The notes below the pieces were generated by a model. The model was given only the letters and a program-made list of their open reading frames with translations. It did not search any database and was not told where the DNA came from. The position numbers were made by a program, and so were the translations under genes. From an uncultured virus (IMG/VR IMGVR_UViG_3300042391_000450) (taxonomy: Duplodnaviria; Heunggongvirae; Uroviricota; Caudoviricetes): a stretch of 20,000 nt of DNA. Shown one piece after another: positions 1-9,968 of this stretch. The stretch lies in IMG/VR virus record IMGVR_UViG_3300042391_000450; one strand, given 5' to 3'. Numbering within the stretch: the first letter of the stretch is position 1; every line of letters begins with the position of its first letter.

Positions 1-170
1 ATATACCTGTATTAGAATTATTAGATCAGTTAAAGGGGTTACCTAACAAACTTGAAATGAATAAAGTTATTTGTTACTTTTTGAATAGCTTTAAATCTAA
101 TACTTCACTTTACGGTGTAGGAGTTATTGCTAGACCAAATCAACTTGCTGCTAGAAATGTAGTCCAATAA
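1..170 (+). CDS. 3' end of a hypothetical phage protein (partial)
   Basis: Open frame from position 3 (IPVLELLDQLKGLPNKLEMNKVICYFLNSFKSNTSLYGVGVIARPNQLAARNVVQ*) ends at TAA 168-170, directly abutting the next ATG at 171. Confidence 0.75.
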   Translation, partial: IPVLELLDQLKGLPNKLEMNKVICYFLNSFKSNTSLYGVGVIARPNQLAARNVVQ

Positions 171-617
171 ATGGCTAAATGGGCGCAAGGTCAATACACT
201 CCAAAAAATCCTGACAAATATATAGGTAAACACACACCAAGATATCGTTCTGGTTGGGAATTACGAGTAATGATGTTTTTAGATGAGAACAAACATATAT
301 TAAAATGGGCTAGTGAAGCTATTGCAATTCCTTATAAAAACCCTCTTACGGGAAAACCTTCAATGTATATTCCTGATTTTTTCGTAATGTATGAAAACAA
401 ACATCACAAAACCAGTGCAGAAATAATTGAAGTAAAACCAAAAAGTCAAACTTCATTACAAGAAGCTAAAACTAGACATGATAAAGTACATGCTATAGTC
501 AATCAAGCTAAGTTTACTGCTGCTATGGCATATTGTAAACAAAACGGTTTTGTATTTAGAGTAGTAAGCGAAGACTCAATATTCATGAATACTACTAGCA
601 AAAAAGGAAAAAGATAA
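171..617 (+). CDS. Head completion nuclease, T4 gp4-like (TnsA-like PD-(D/E)xK fold)
   Basis: Motifs YTPKNPDKYIG, YRSGWE, WASE..IPY, YIPDF and EIIEVKP are characteristic of T4 gp4-family proteins; 148 aa. Confidence 0.88.
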   Translation: MAKWAQGQYTPKNPDKYIGKHTPRYRSGWELRVMMFLDENKHILKWASEAIAIPYKNPLTGKPSMYIPDFFVMYENKHHKTSAEIIEVKPKSQTSLQEAKTRHDKVHAIVNQAKFTAAMAYCKQNGFVFRVVSEDSIFMNTTSKKGKR

Positions 618-625
618 TTATTTTT

Positions 626-634
626 TAATAAATA
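626..634 (+). promoter_or_regulatory. T4-late-like promoter box (AATAAATA), probably leaderless for the ORF at 640
   Basis: TAAATA ends at 634, followed by a 5-nt spacer (gttac) and ATG at 640; no Shine-Dalgarno in the spacer. Confidence 0.55.
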
Positions 635-639
635 GTTAC

Positions 640-1122
640 ATGACTAAAAAATTAAGCGAACTTTTTGAATTACCCGAAGACTCTGATATTTCAGATACTG
701 ATTTATCAGAACCTATTTTTGACCACGCGCAAGAAATCACTCAAACTGCTTTAACTAACTTAGAAAAAATAGAAGCTGCATTACCTCAAGTAAGAGGATT
801 GGAAGCGGCAGATAGCGAATTAGATGAACTTGCAGAATTAGCAGCTAGTAGTTACAAAGACTTAATGGATTTGGGTATGCAAGTAGAGTCTAGATTTTCA
901 AGTGAAATATTTAACAGTGCTAGTAGTATGTTGGGACATGCGATTACGGCAAAGACTGCAAAAATTAATAAAAAGCTAAAACAACTTGATCTTCAATTAA
1001 AAAAAGCCGCTTTGGATCAAAAACTACAAAACAAACACGAAGAAGTAGAAAACACACCTATCGGTGAAGGTAAAGCATTAGACAGAAACGAACTTTTAAA
1101 ACTTTATACAAAAGACAAGTAG
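640..1122 (+). CDS. Hypothetical helical/coiled-coil protein, possible terminase small subunit
   Basis: 160 aa, acidic N-terminus and long amphipathic helices (SSYKDLMDLG...SEIFNSASSML...KKLKQLDLQLKK). Loosely resembles T4-like gp16 architecture; adjacent to gp4. The ORF is secure, the function tentative. Confidence 0.45.
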   Translation: MTKKLSELFELPEDSDISDTDLSEPIFDHAQEITQTALTNLEKIEAALPQVRGLEAADSELDELAELAASSYKDLMDLGMQVESRFSSEIFNSASSMLGHAITAKTAKINKKLKQLDLQLKKAALDQKLQNKHEEVENTPIGEGKALDRNELLKLYTKDK

Positions 1123-1137
1123 ATTTTAAAAGATAAA

Positions 1138-1145
1138 GATAAATA
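1138..1145 (+). promoter_or_regulatory. T4-late-like promoter box GATAAATA
   Basis: Intergenic, upstream of the AAGGA RBS and ATG 1176; the same octamer recurs at 4861, 15503 and 15559. Confidence 0.6.
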
Positions 1146-1175
1146 ATAGATATTATACATATTTAAGGATTAACC

Positions 1176-1796
1176 ATGCGAAGCTTCAAACATTATTTGG
1201 TAGAATCTGTACACAGTTACGACTACACTATTAAAATTGTAGGCGATATAGATGCTAAACAGATGGACCTGTTCAAGTACAACTTGAATAAATTTGATCC
1301 AATAGAAATTACTGGACCAACTTCTACACCTATTCAAAAATCACCATATGGATTTCCTGGTGTTACAAATCAGTCTGTAAATATCATTAAAGCAAAGTTT
1401 AGATATCCTGCAACTGAGCCAATGGTTAGACAAATGGCTAGATTAATAAACATAGATGAAAACAGAGTGCGATTAGTTTCTACTGCGTTTGATGACAGCA
1501 TTGATCATGAAGCAGAACAGTATGAAAATCAAATGGAAAAGTCACCAGTATTAACTAACGATTATCCCGATGATAAGTCTGCTAAAGCAGCAGCAAAAGC
1601 ATATGGTAATTCTTACTTAGATGAAATTGAAAAGTCTATGAAAGATCATAAAATTGAAAGCCCGTATGCTGGTGAAAAAACTAAACAAGCGTTTGATCCA
1701 TTTAAGCCAGAAGAGTATATGAAATCAATGGGCGATAAAAGTCCAATGAGTACTATCAACAGACCAGCTAAGCCCAAGATTGGCGCCGGAAGATAA
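1176..1796 (+). CDS. Hypothetical virion (head-internal?) protein
   Basis: 206 aa, AAGGA RBS. N-terminus MRSFKHYLVE-S resembles the T4 internal-protein capsid targeting sequence (MKTYQEFIAE). Confidence 0.7.
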   Translation: MRSFKHYLVESVHSYDYTIKIVGDIDAKQMDLFKYNLNKFDPIEITGPTSTPIQKSPYGFPGVTNQSVNIIKAKFRYPATEPMVRQMARLINIDENRVRLVSTAFDDSIDHEAEQYENQMEKSPVLTNDYPDDKSAKAAAKAYGNSYLDEIEKSMKDHKIESPYAGEKTKQAFDPFKPEEYMKSMGDKSPMSTINRPAKPKIGAGR

Positions 1797-1806
1797 GGAA
1801 TCTATT

Positions 1807-4788
1807 ATGAGTATGAAAGATTTATTAAACAAAATGACTGAACTTCAAGGCACTACTAAAGAAGAGAAAGTTACTACTACTGGTAAAAGAGTTCTAAACG
1901 AAAGTGCTGAACGCCCGTATGTATGTGTTCATGCTAAAAAAGGCAAGTATGAAGTTAAGGCTAACTCTAGTTATGAAGCTGTTAAAAAAGCTGCTGATAA
2001 ATGGAAGTTGAAATCAACTGCTGGTATTGATGCTTATGTGGCTGATAAACCCATTTCTGCTGCAAGTTTAGAAGAAAACACGAAGCCATCTTTAAAAAGT
2101 ATGTTTAACGCTTTACTTGCTGAAGCTGAACAAGTTACTATTCAACCAGCTCAACAAAACACTCAAGTAATCAAGCAAGGTAATAAAACTCTTGGTACAG
2201 TTACTAATCCTAATCTAGCTAATCAAATTAAGCAAAGCATTGGTAAAGGTGAAATGAGTTTAGCTGGTGATGAATTAAATGAAGTTGATGATGATTATGA
2301 CGGTGATGATTACGATCATGATGACGGCAGTGATCAATATGCTACAGAATTACACGGTCTTCATCTTGGTGATGTAGTAAAAGCTAACTATAACGGTAAA
2401 ACTGTAATAGGTAAAATTAGTGAATTACACCCAACTTATCTTGAAGTGGAATTAGAATTAACTGGAAGAAATGCTGGTAAAACAGTTATAGTTGATGTTA
2501 GAGAAACTGAATATGTAGATAATCTTAATGAAGCCAAGCTAACCGAAAAAGCAAAAAGTAAGTCACAGCAACAAGCAGCTGGTGCAGCATTAGCAGCTAA
2601 GCGCGGTGATGCTCCAAAAAGCACACTAAAAGGTGCATCAAAAGAAATGGCAAAAATGCCCGCTAAAGAGTTAGAAAAGTTTGCGAAAACTAAACACAAA
2701 GGCTTACCTGACAAAAAAGAAAAAACTAACGAAGAAAAGGGTTCTCCTTTAATGTGGAAAGATATAAAGACAAAAAAAACAACTCCTGCATTATGTACTC
2801 AACACAACAAACCCTTATTCAAGAAAGGGGAAGGTGCGAATGCTAAGTATGCTTGTGCAGATTGTCCTAAACCTGAAAAGAATAAAACTGATGAAGCAGC
2901 TATGCCAACCAATGACAGCGACTTTGGTGCAGGATTAGGCGCTGGAAGAAACAGCAAGACTTTAGAAGCTAAAAAAGCCAAGCCAGATTTTCTAGACTTA
3001 GACAAAGATGGCAACAAGAAAGAATCAATGAAAAAGGCAGCAGCCGACAAACAAAAGGTATCAACAATGAAAAAGACAAATGAAGCTAAAGCTAAGCCAG
3101 ACTTTTTAGACTTAGATAAAGATGGTGACAAAAAAGAACCAATGAAAAAAGCTGCGGCGGACAAGAAAACAGGTTCTACTGATAAAAAGAGCAGTGCAGG
3201 GTTAACCGCCGCGCAGAAAAAGTTACCGGCTGGTTTACAAAAAGCTGTTGCGAAAAAGAAAACAGTTAAAGAAGGCACAAATCCAACCGAGTCAGCAAGA
3301 TTACTTGGTAAAGCACATGCTATGGCAAATGATACTTTCAGTTGTAAGTATGAAGAAGGTTCACAAGAAGCACAAGCTTATCTTGATGGATACAAATCTG
3401 GTTTAGACGAATGCTATGGATCAGGCGGCATGGGAATGCAACAAGATATCGGTATGATGCCTGGTATGGTATCACAAGATTCTATGATGGATACTCCTTC
3501 ACCAAGAGGCGGTAGTGAGTTTGCGTTTGGTGGATTTGATGATGTGAGTGATGACGATATGATGGCGTTTGAGTCATGGGATCGTGAACTAAATGCTTTA
3601 TTGAATGAAGCAGTAACACCTAAATTCCAAGTTCGTTATTTACCTAACAACCGAGACACGTATAAAATAGAGAAAGGATTCGCGAGTAAAAAAGAAGCTC
3701 AGGATTGGATAAAGGGAGAAAATCTACGAGATAGGGCAGAAGATATTAGTATTGAAACTAGTACGAGCAAAGAAGTTAATGAAGGCAAAATTAAAGACAT
3801 TGATATTGACATGACACACATGACTGATACTAAGTTTAAAGAAAAGTATGGTAAATCAAAAGCTGACATGAAAAAAGACTTGTCTGGTTCTACTGACAAA
3901 AAACCAGTAAAAGAAGGTATGACTGTTTCCGTTTCTAAAGGACAACAAGGATCACCTGACTCTGTTACTATTTCAGCACAAGATAGTGAAGCCGATCAGT
4001 TACTAAGTCTGATTAAGCAAGCTGGCTTAGGATTGTTCGGCGGTGAAGACACTGCGCGAACTAGCGCATATGGTGCTCCGGTACAATCTGATGCAGGATC
4101 GCAAAGTGTATATCCTGACTCAAATGTAGATACTGGAGATCATGATGGCATGATGGCACTGATGCAGAAAGTAGCAGGCAATGATTACGAGGATGAAGAA
4201 TCTCAAGATGCATCATGTGACGTATGTGGATCAGGTGATTGTGGATGCAATGATTCAGACAGTAAAGCATTGGTAGTTGGTGAAGAACAAGGCTACGATG
4301 ACAAAGAAGATGAATCATTGGGAATGCGTACAGGTAAAGAATCTGGTAAAGAACAATCTATGAAAGATCGTAGAGATGATTCTTATGGAAAATTTGGAAA
4401 AAGAACAGACGAAGATGAAACTGAAGATCAAATGGAGTTTGAAGTATCCGAAGCAAATGCTCCTGATTCCGGTGAAGCTGAAACTACTGCTGACGAAAAC
4501 GCAGAAGCTAAAGAAGATCAAGCACTAGCTGGTGCAATGTCTGACAACGAAGAAGAAATTGACGAAAGCGAAGAAGAATTAACTGAGTGGGCTAATGACG
4601 CTGGATATCAAGGTTCTGAAAACATAAAAGACAATACGTTTGAACAAGACATTGAGTTTATGACTAGAGTTATTTCAGGTGGATTGAACGGACAAAAACA
4701 AGATCAAACTACTTTACCGCATACTAAAGTTAAAGTAGCAGAGTCTAGTTTGCTTGATGATTGGAAGAAACTAAGCGGAATAAGATAA
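1807..4788 (+). CDS. Large K/E/D-rich modular protein, putative prohead core/internal head polyprotein
   Basis: Start re-assigned from TTG 1780 to ATG 1807 (AAGGAA RBS at 1795-1800). Many [LVIT]-x-E sites separate small modules; ends WKKLSGIR. Confidence 0.7.
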   Translation: MSMKDLLNKMTELQGTTKEEKVTTTGKRVLNESAERPYVCVHAKKGKYEVKANSSYEAVKKAADKWKLKSTAGIDAYVADKPISAASLEENTKPSLKSMFNALLAEAEQVTIQPAQQNTQVIKQGNKTLGTVTNPNLANQIKQSIGKGEMSLAGDELNEVDDDYDGDDYDHDDGSDQYATELHGLHLGDVVKANYNGKTVIGKISELHPTYLEVELELTGRNAGKTVIVDVRETEYVDNLNEAKLTEKAKSKSQQQAAGAALAAKRGDAPKSTLKGASKEMAKMPAKELEKFAKTKHKGLPDKKEKTNEEKGSPLMWKDIKTKKTTPALCTQHNKPLFKKGEGANAKYACADCPKPEKNKTDEAAMPTNDSDFGAGLGAGRNSKTLEAKKAKPDFLDLDKDGNKKESMKKAAADKQKVSTMKKTNEAKAKPDFLDLDKDGDKKEPMKKAAADKKTGSTDKKSSAGLTAAQKKLPAGLQKAVAKKKTVKEGTNPTESARLLGKAHAMANDTFSCKYEEGSQEAQAYLDGYKSGLDECYGSGGMGMQQDIGMMPGMVSQDSMMDTPSPRGGSEFAFGGFDDVSDDDMMAFESWDRELNALLNEAVTPKFQVRYLPNNRDTYKIEKGFASKKEAQDWIKGENLRDRAEDISIETSTSKEVNEGKIKDIDIDMTHMTDTKFKEKYGKSKADMKKDLSGSTDKKPVKEGMTVSVSKGQQGSPDSVTISAQDSEADQLLSLIKQAGLGLFGGEDTARTSAYGAPVQSDAGSQSVYPDSNVDTGDHDGMMALMQKVAGNDYEDEESQDASCDVCGSGDCGCNDSDSKALVVGEEQGYDDKEDESLGMRTGKESGKEQSMKDRRDDSYGKFGKRTDEDETEDQMEFEVSEANAPDSGEAETTADENAEAKEDQALAGAMSDNEEEIDESEEELTEWANDAGYQGSENIKDNTFEQDIEFMTRVISGGLNGQKQDQTTLPHTKVKVAESSLLDDWKKLSGIR
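2548..2718 (+). other. DUF3008-like domain embedded in the large ORF
   Basis: KAKSKSQQQAAGAALAAKRGDAPKSTLKGASKEMAKMPAKELEKFAKTKHKGLPDK matches the recalled DUF3008 consensus (AKSKAQQxAAGAALxAKRG...LxGASKxM...ELExxAxTKxKGLP). Confidence 0.75.
2977..3165 (+). repeat. Duplicated 25-aa EF-hand-like motif (AKPDFLDLDKDGxKKExMKKAAADK)
   Basis: Copy 1 at 2977-3051 and copy 2 at 3091-3165; both contain a DxDxDG loop and differ mostly at synonymous positions. Confidence 0.85.
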
Positions 4789-4800
4789 TAATAATAATAA
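4786..4800 (+). repeat. (TAA)5 tandem in-frame stop codons
   Basis: taataataataataa begins at the stop codon of the 1807-4788 ORF. Confidence 0.9.
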
Positions 4801-4821
4801 TGCTCAACTGAACGTTTCTTT

Positions 4822-4848
4822 AATACCCGGTTCGCCGGGTATTTTTTT
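4822..4848 (+). terminator. Rho-independent terminator with UUCG tetraloop
   Basis: AATACCCGG-TTCG-CCGGGTATT hairpin running into a T-tract (4842-4848). Confidence 0.9.
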
Positions 4849-4860
4849 GTTTGTAACAAT

Positions 4861-4868
4861 GATAAATA
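4861..4868 (+). promoter_or_regulatory. T4-late-like promoter box GATAAATA
   Basis: Immediately after the terminator, upstream of the GAGGA RBS and GTG 4896. Confidence 0.65.
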
Positions 4869-4895
4869 CAGTAATATATTATAGAGGATATACTT

Positions 4896-6686
<1,791 letters not shown>

Positions 6687-6697
6687 AGGAAATATAA

Positions 6698-7318
6698 ATG
6701 ATTACATTATCTTTACTACAACAAATAGCTCCTAAAACTAAAAAAGAAGTTTTAGAAACATACGTTGCCCCACTCAATGCTGTGTGTAAAAAATATGGTA
6801 TTTTAGATAACCATAAAAGAACAGCCGCATTTTTAGCGCAAGTTGCACACGAGTCAGGTGGTTTTAATTTTACTAAAGAAAACTTAAATTATAATGCTAA
6901 AGCATTACAATCAGTATTTAAAAAGTATTATTCAACAGAAAAAGACGCATTAGTACATGAAAGAAAGCCAGAACAAATCGCTAACAAAGTATACGCAAGC
7001 AGAATGGGAAATGGTGATGAAAAATCAGGAGACGGTTGGACTTACAGAGGTCGCGGTTTAATTCAGTTAACTGGTAAAGAAAATTATACTAAGTTTGCTG
7101 AATCTATAAAAAAGCCAATAACAGAAGCAGTTAGTTATCTAGAAACCGCAGAAGGTGCTGTAGCTAGTGCTGCTTGGTTTTGGGATAAGAATAAATTAAA
7201 TGATTTATGTGATAAAGACGATTTTGTTACACTAACAAAAAGAATCAATGGTGGAACAAACGGGTTAGAAGATAGAAAGCATCACTACGAGTTAGCATTA
7301 AAAGCATTAAAAGGATAA
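6698..7318 (+). CDS. Glycoside hydrolase family 19 (chitinase-class) lysin
   Basis: Motifs AAFLAQVAHESGGF, YRGRGLIQLTGKENY, SAAWFW and TKRINGGTNGLEDR; AAGGA RBS. Confidence 0.92.
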   Translation: MITLSLLQQIAPKTKKEVLETYVAPLNAVCKKYGILDNHKRTAAFLAQVAHESGGFNFTKENLNYNAKALQSVFKKYYSTEKDALVHERKPEQIANKVYASRMGNGDEKSGDGWTYRGRGLIQLTGKENYTKFAESIKKPITEAVSYLETAEGAVASAAWFWDKNKLNDLCDKDDFVTLTKRINGGTNGLEDRKHHYELALKALKG

Positions 7319-7319
7319 T

Positions 7320-9938
7320 ATGTCTCAACCAAATTGGACTACACCTGCAGGCAGTATAGGATCATATCCAGCACTAGTATTATTATCTGTGCAGTTACTG
7401 GCTCAGCCGGTAGCACCTGCTGCAACCGTAACTTATACATTGATAAGCGGATCATTACCTGAGGGTTTGAGTTTATCCAATATTGGTTTAATATCAGGAA
7501 CTCCTATAATAGTTATTAGCGATACGACTTATACATTTGTGGTTAGAGTTACAGACAATTTAGGAAACATAAGAGACAGAACATTTTCTATGATAATTTC
7601 AGGAGTAGCATCTCCTGAATTTACTACCCCTACTGGTAGTATATTAAATACTCCAGACAGTACATGGGTACAATTACCTATTGAATATAGTAATCCATTA
7701 AGTAACAATTTAGTTGCTATCAGAATAATACAAGGACAACTACCGCCAGGTTTAGAAATAAACACTAACGGACTGATACGAGGTTATGCTGAGCCACCAA
7801 TTAATAATGTTAACTTGGGTGCGGTAAATACATCTATAACTTCTACAAATTCAAATATTATAACTTGTTTAAGTACTACTGGGTTTAGAATAGGAAGACC
7901 TATAATATTTTCAGGTACACCGTTTGGCGGTATAGTAGCATCGCAAACTTATTACATTAAAACTTTTGATGAATCTTCTTTTACTATATCAAATATTGTT
8001 GGAGGATCAACCGTTGTATTAAGTAATGACGTAGGATACATGACTGCTAGCCTACCTAACATATCAATAGGACAACCTACTACACGCACATATTCATTTA
8101 CTGTAAAACTAGAAAGCTTATTAGGCAGTGACATAGAATCCTATAACATTACCGTAGTGAATCAAAATGCTCCCGAAGCAGAAGGTGGACCTAAACCTGC
8201 GAATTCCAGAGAGCCTACTATATACAACACTAGACCCCCTACATTTAATATAAATGAATCTACCCCTTACTATGGTTACTATGTATTACCACCAAACGAA
8301 CAAGGTAATACCTATCTTCCTACAGAAGATGCTTATATAGGTAGTATTACCAGTGATAATATATTTTCGTTTAAGGTAATAGGTCATGACTTTGATAGCA
8401 ATGTATTAACTTATACATTTGCAGACTTACCATCAGGACTAACAGCAAATAGTGCTACTGGCTGGATCACAGGCAATCCCGTAATAGCTAATAATTCTAT
8501 AAGTGAATTTTCATTTAGTGTAGCGGTAGCTAAAGCTGGTAACCCAGCTATCACTACTCCTTCTTATAACTTTTCATATAGACTAGTTAACAATTTGATA
8601 GGTGATATATTCTGGATAACTCCTTCTGATTTAGGGCAAATAGAAAATAGTACAGTTAGTGTTTTAAGTGTAGTGGCAGAATCAGATGTAAACTTAGAAT
8701 ACAGATTAGTAAGCGGAACTCTTCCACCTAATTTGGTTTTGTTGTCTAACGGAGAAATTACTGGTACAGTAGCATATCAACCTACAGATACATTATTACC
8801 AGCAGGCGCTATTACTGACTTTACATTTGAGATAGAAGCGTTTTCTCCTCTATATTCAACGGTTGTTAACTCTACACGAACTTTTACTTTATCAGTGGTG
8901 CAGCAATATACACAGCCAACTGACACACTATACATTAAGTGTACACCAAGTATACAAGATAGAAATTTACTAAGAACTTTATTGAATGATACTACACTAA
9001 TACCTGACAGTTATTTATATAGACCAACAGATTTAAATTTTGGTAAAGCAACTAGTGTTATATATGCTCATGCTTATGGAATATATGCTAATGATTTAGA
9101 CGCATATGTAGCTGCGGTTACTAAAAATCATTATTGGAGAAATATTACATTAGGTGAATTAAATACCGCAGTAGCAAAGAATGATGCAGGCGAAGTTATA
9201 TATGAAGTTGTATATAGTTCAGTAATTGATAACTTGATAAACCCTGAAGGTGTTAGTGTCAGTAAAGAAATAGTTTGGCCTAGACTTATAGATTTAAACT
9301 TAGGTCCATGGTATACAAGTGTTACTGATATTTATACTAGTTACATAAATGCACCAGTTGAGGGACAGTCTTGGCTAACACAAAATAATGAATATATTAC
9401 CTCTGAGGATTTGTTCATTTTAGAAACTGAATCAGGTCAGCCCGGTTTTTATACTAGTTTAACTCCCGGATATGCAACCGTTTTATATCCTAACAGTTTA
9501 CCTAATATGAGAGAACAAGTGGGGGAAGAATTAGGGCAAGAATATAATTTTAGACTGTATCCAAGATGGATGACTTCACAACAAGCGAATGGTAGCACAT
9601 TAGGATTTACACCAGCTTGGGTTATTGCTTATTGTAAGCCAGGAACAACAACATTAAATGGTCAAACTGTAACTTACGGTGAGTATATCAAGTATCAAAT
9701 AGAAAATAATTGGCAAGATCCTGTAACAAATTATAAATTTCAACTTAACGAAATTAACTTTAAGATAGATAGATTTACTGTAGATAAGAGTTTGACATAT
9801 AACTATGATAATAATTTAAGTCCGGCTACGTGGATTGGATTACCAAGTGCGACTCCAGTACCAAATCCAGTGAATAGTAATGATTTTTATACACTATTTC
9901 CTAGAAAAACTATTTTACCCGATGAAACTCAGTACTAA
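7320..9938 (+). CDS. Virion structural protein with putative Ig (He_PIG-like) repeats
   Basis: Repeated units such as YTLISGSLPEGLSLSNIGLISGTP...YTFVVRVTD, GQLPPGLEINTNGLIRG, LPSGLTANSATGWITGNP and GTLPPNLVLLSNGEITG; also W.TP.G.I/L motifs. Confidence 0.8.
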   Translation: MSQPNWTTPAGSIGSYPALVLLSVQLLAQPVAPAATVTYTLISGSLPEGLSLSNIGLISGTPIIVISDTTYTFVVRVTDNLGNIRDRTFSMIISGVASPEFTTPTGSILNTPDSTWVQLPIEYSNPLSNNLVAIRIIQGQLPPGLEINTNGLIRGYAEPPINNVNLGAVNTSITSTNSNIITCLSTTGFRIGRPIIFSGTPFGGIVASQTYYIKTFDESSFTISNIVGGSTVVLSNDVGYMTASLPNISIGQPTTRTYSFTVKLESLLGSDIESYNITVVNQNAPEAEGGPKPANSREPTIYNTRPPTFNINESTPYYGYYVLPPNEQGNTYLPTEDAYIGSITSDNIFSFKVIGHDFDSNVLTYTFADLPSGLTANSATGWITGNPVIANNSISEFSFSVAVAKAGNPAITTPSYNFSYRLVNNLIGDIFWITPSDLGQIENSTVSVLSVVAESDVNLEYRLVSGTLPPNLVLLSNGEITGTVAYQPTDTLLPAGAITDFTFEIEAFSPLYSTVVNSTRTFTLSVVQQYTQPTDTLYIKCTPSIQDRNLLRTLLNDTTLIPDSYLYRPTDLNFGKATSVIYAHAYGIYANDLDAYVAAVTKNHYWRNITLGELNTAVAKNDAGEVIYEVVYSSVIDNLINPEGVSVSKEIVWPRLIDLNLGPWYTSVTDIYTSYINAPVEGQSWLTQNNEYITSEDLFILETESGQPGFYTSLTPGYATVLYPNSLPNMREQVGEELGQEYNFRLYPRWMTSQQANGSTLGFTPAWVIAYCKPGTTTLNGQTVTYGEYIKYQIENNWQDPVTNYKFQLNEINFKIDRFTVDKSLTYNYDNNLSPATWIGLPSATPVPNPVNSNDFYTLFPRKTILPDETQY

Positions 9939-9941
9939 ATA
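9934..9941 (+). promoter_or_regulatory. T4-late-like promoter box ACTAAATA (TATAAATG also at 9945-9952)
   Basis: Overlaps the stop of the previous gene, upstream of the AGGA RBS and ATG 9969. Confidence 0.45.
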
Positions 9942-9968
9942 CTGTATAAATGAAATTAGGAATTAAGA

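Noticed and set aside
171..617. Tn7 TnsA transposase / mobile element
   Set aside because: Same fold, but the motifs and context match T4 gp4; no TnsB/TnsC or terminal repeats.
1780..1806. ORF-track starts at TTG 1780, ATG 12662 and GTG 15557
   Set aside because: They overlap upstream genes or promoter boxes. Downstream ATGs (1807, 12695, 15572) have a better RBS or promoter geometry.
2436..4521. Minus-strand ORFs 2436-2714, 2799-3278, 3699-3899, 4061-4318 and 4315-4521
   Set aside because: Antisense shadows of the K/E/D-rich large ORF; F/L/S-rich translations with no recognisable motifs.
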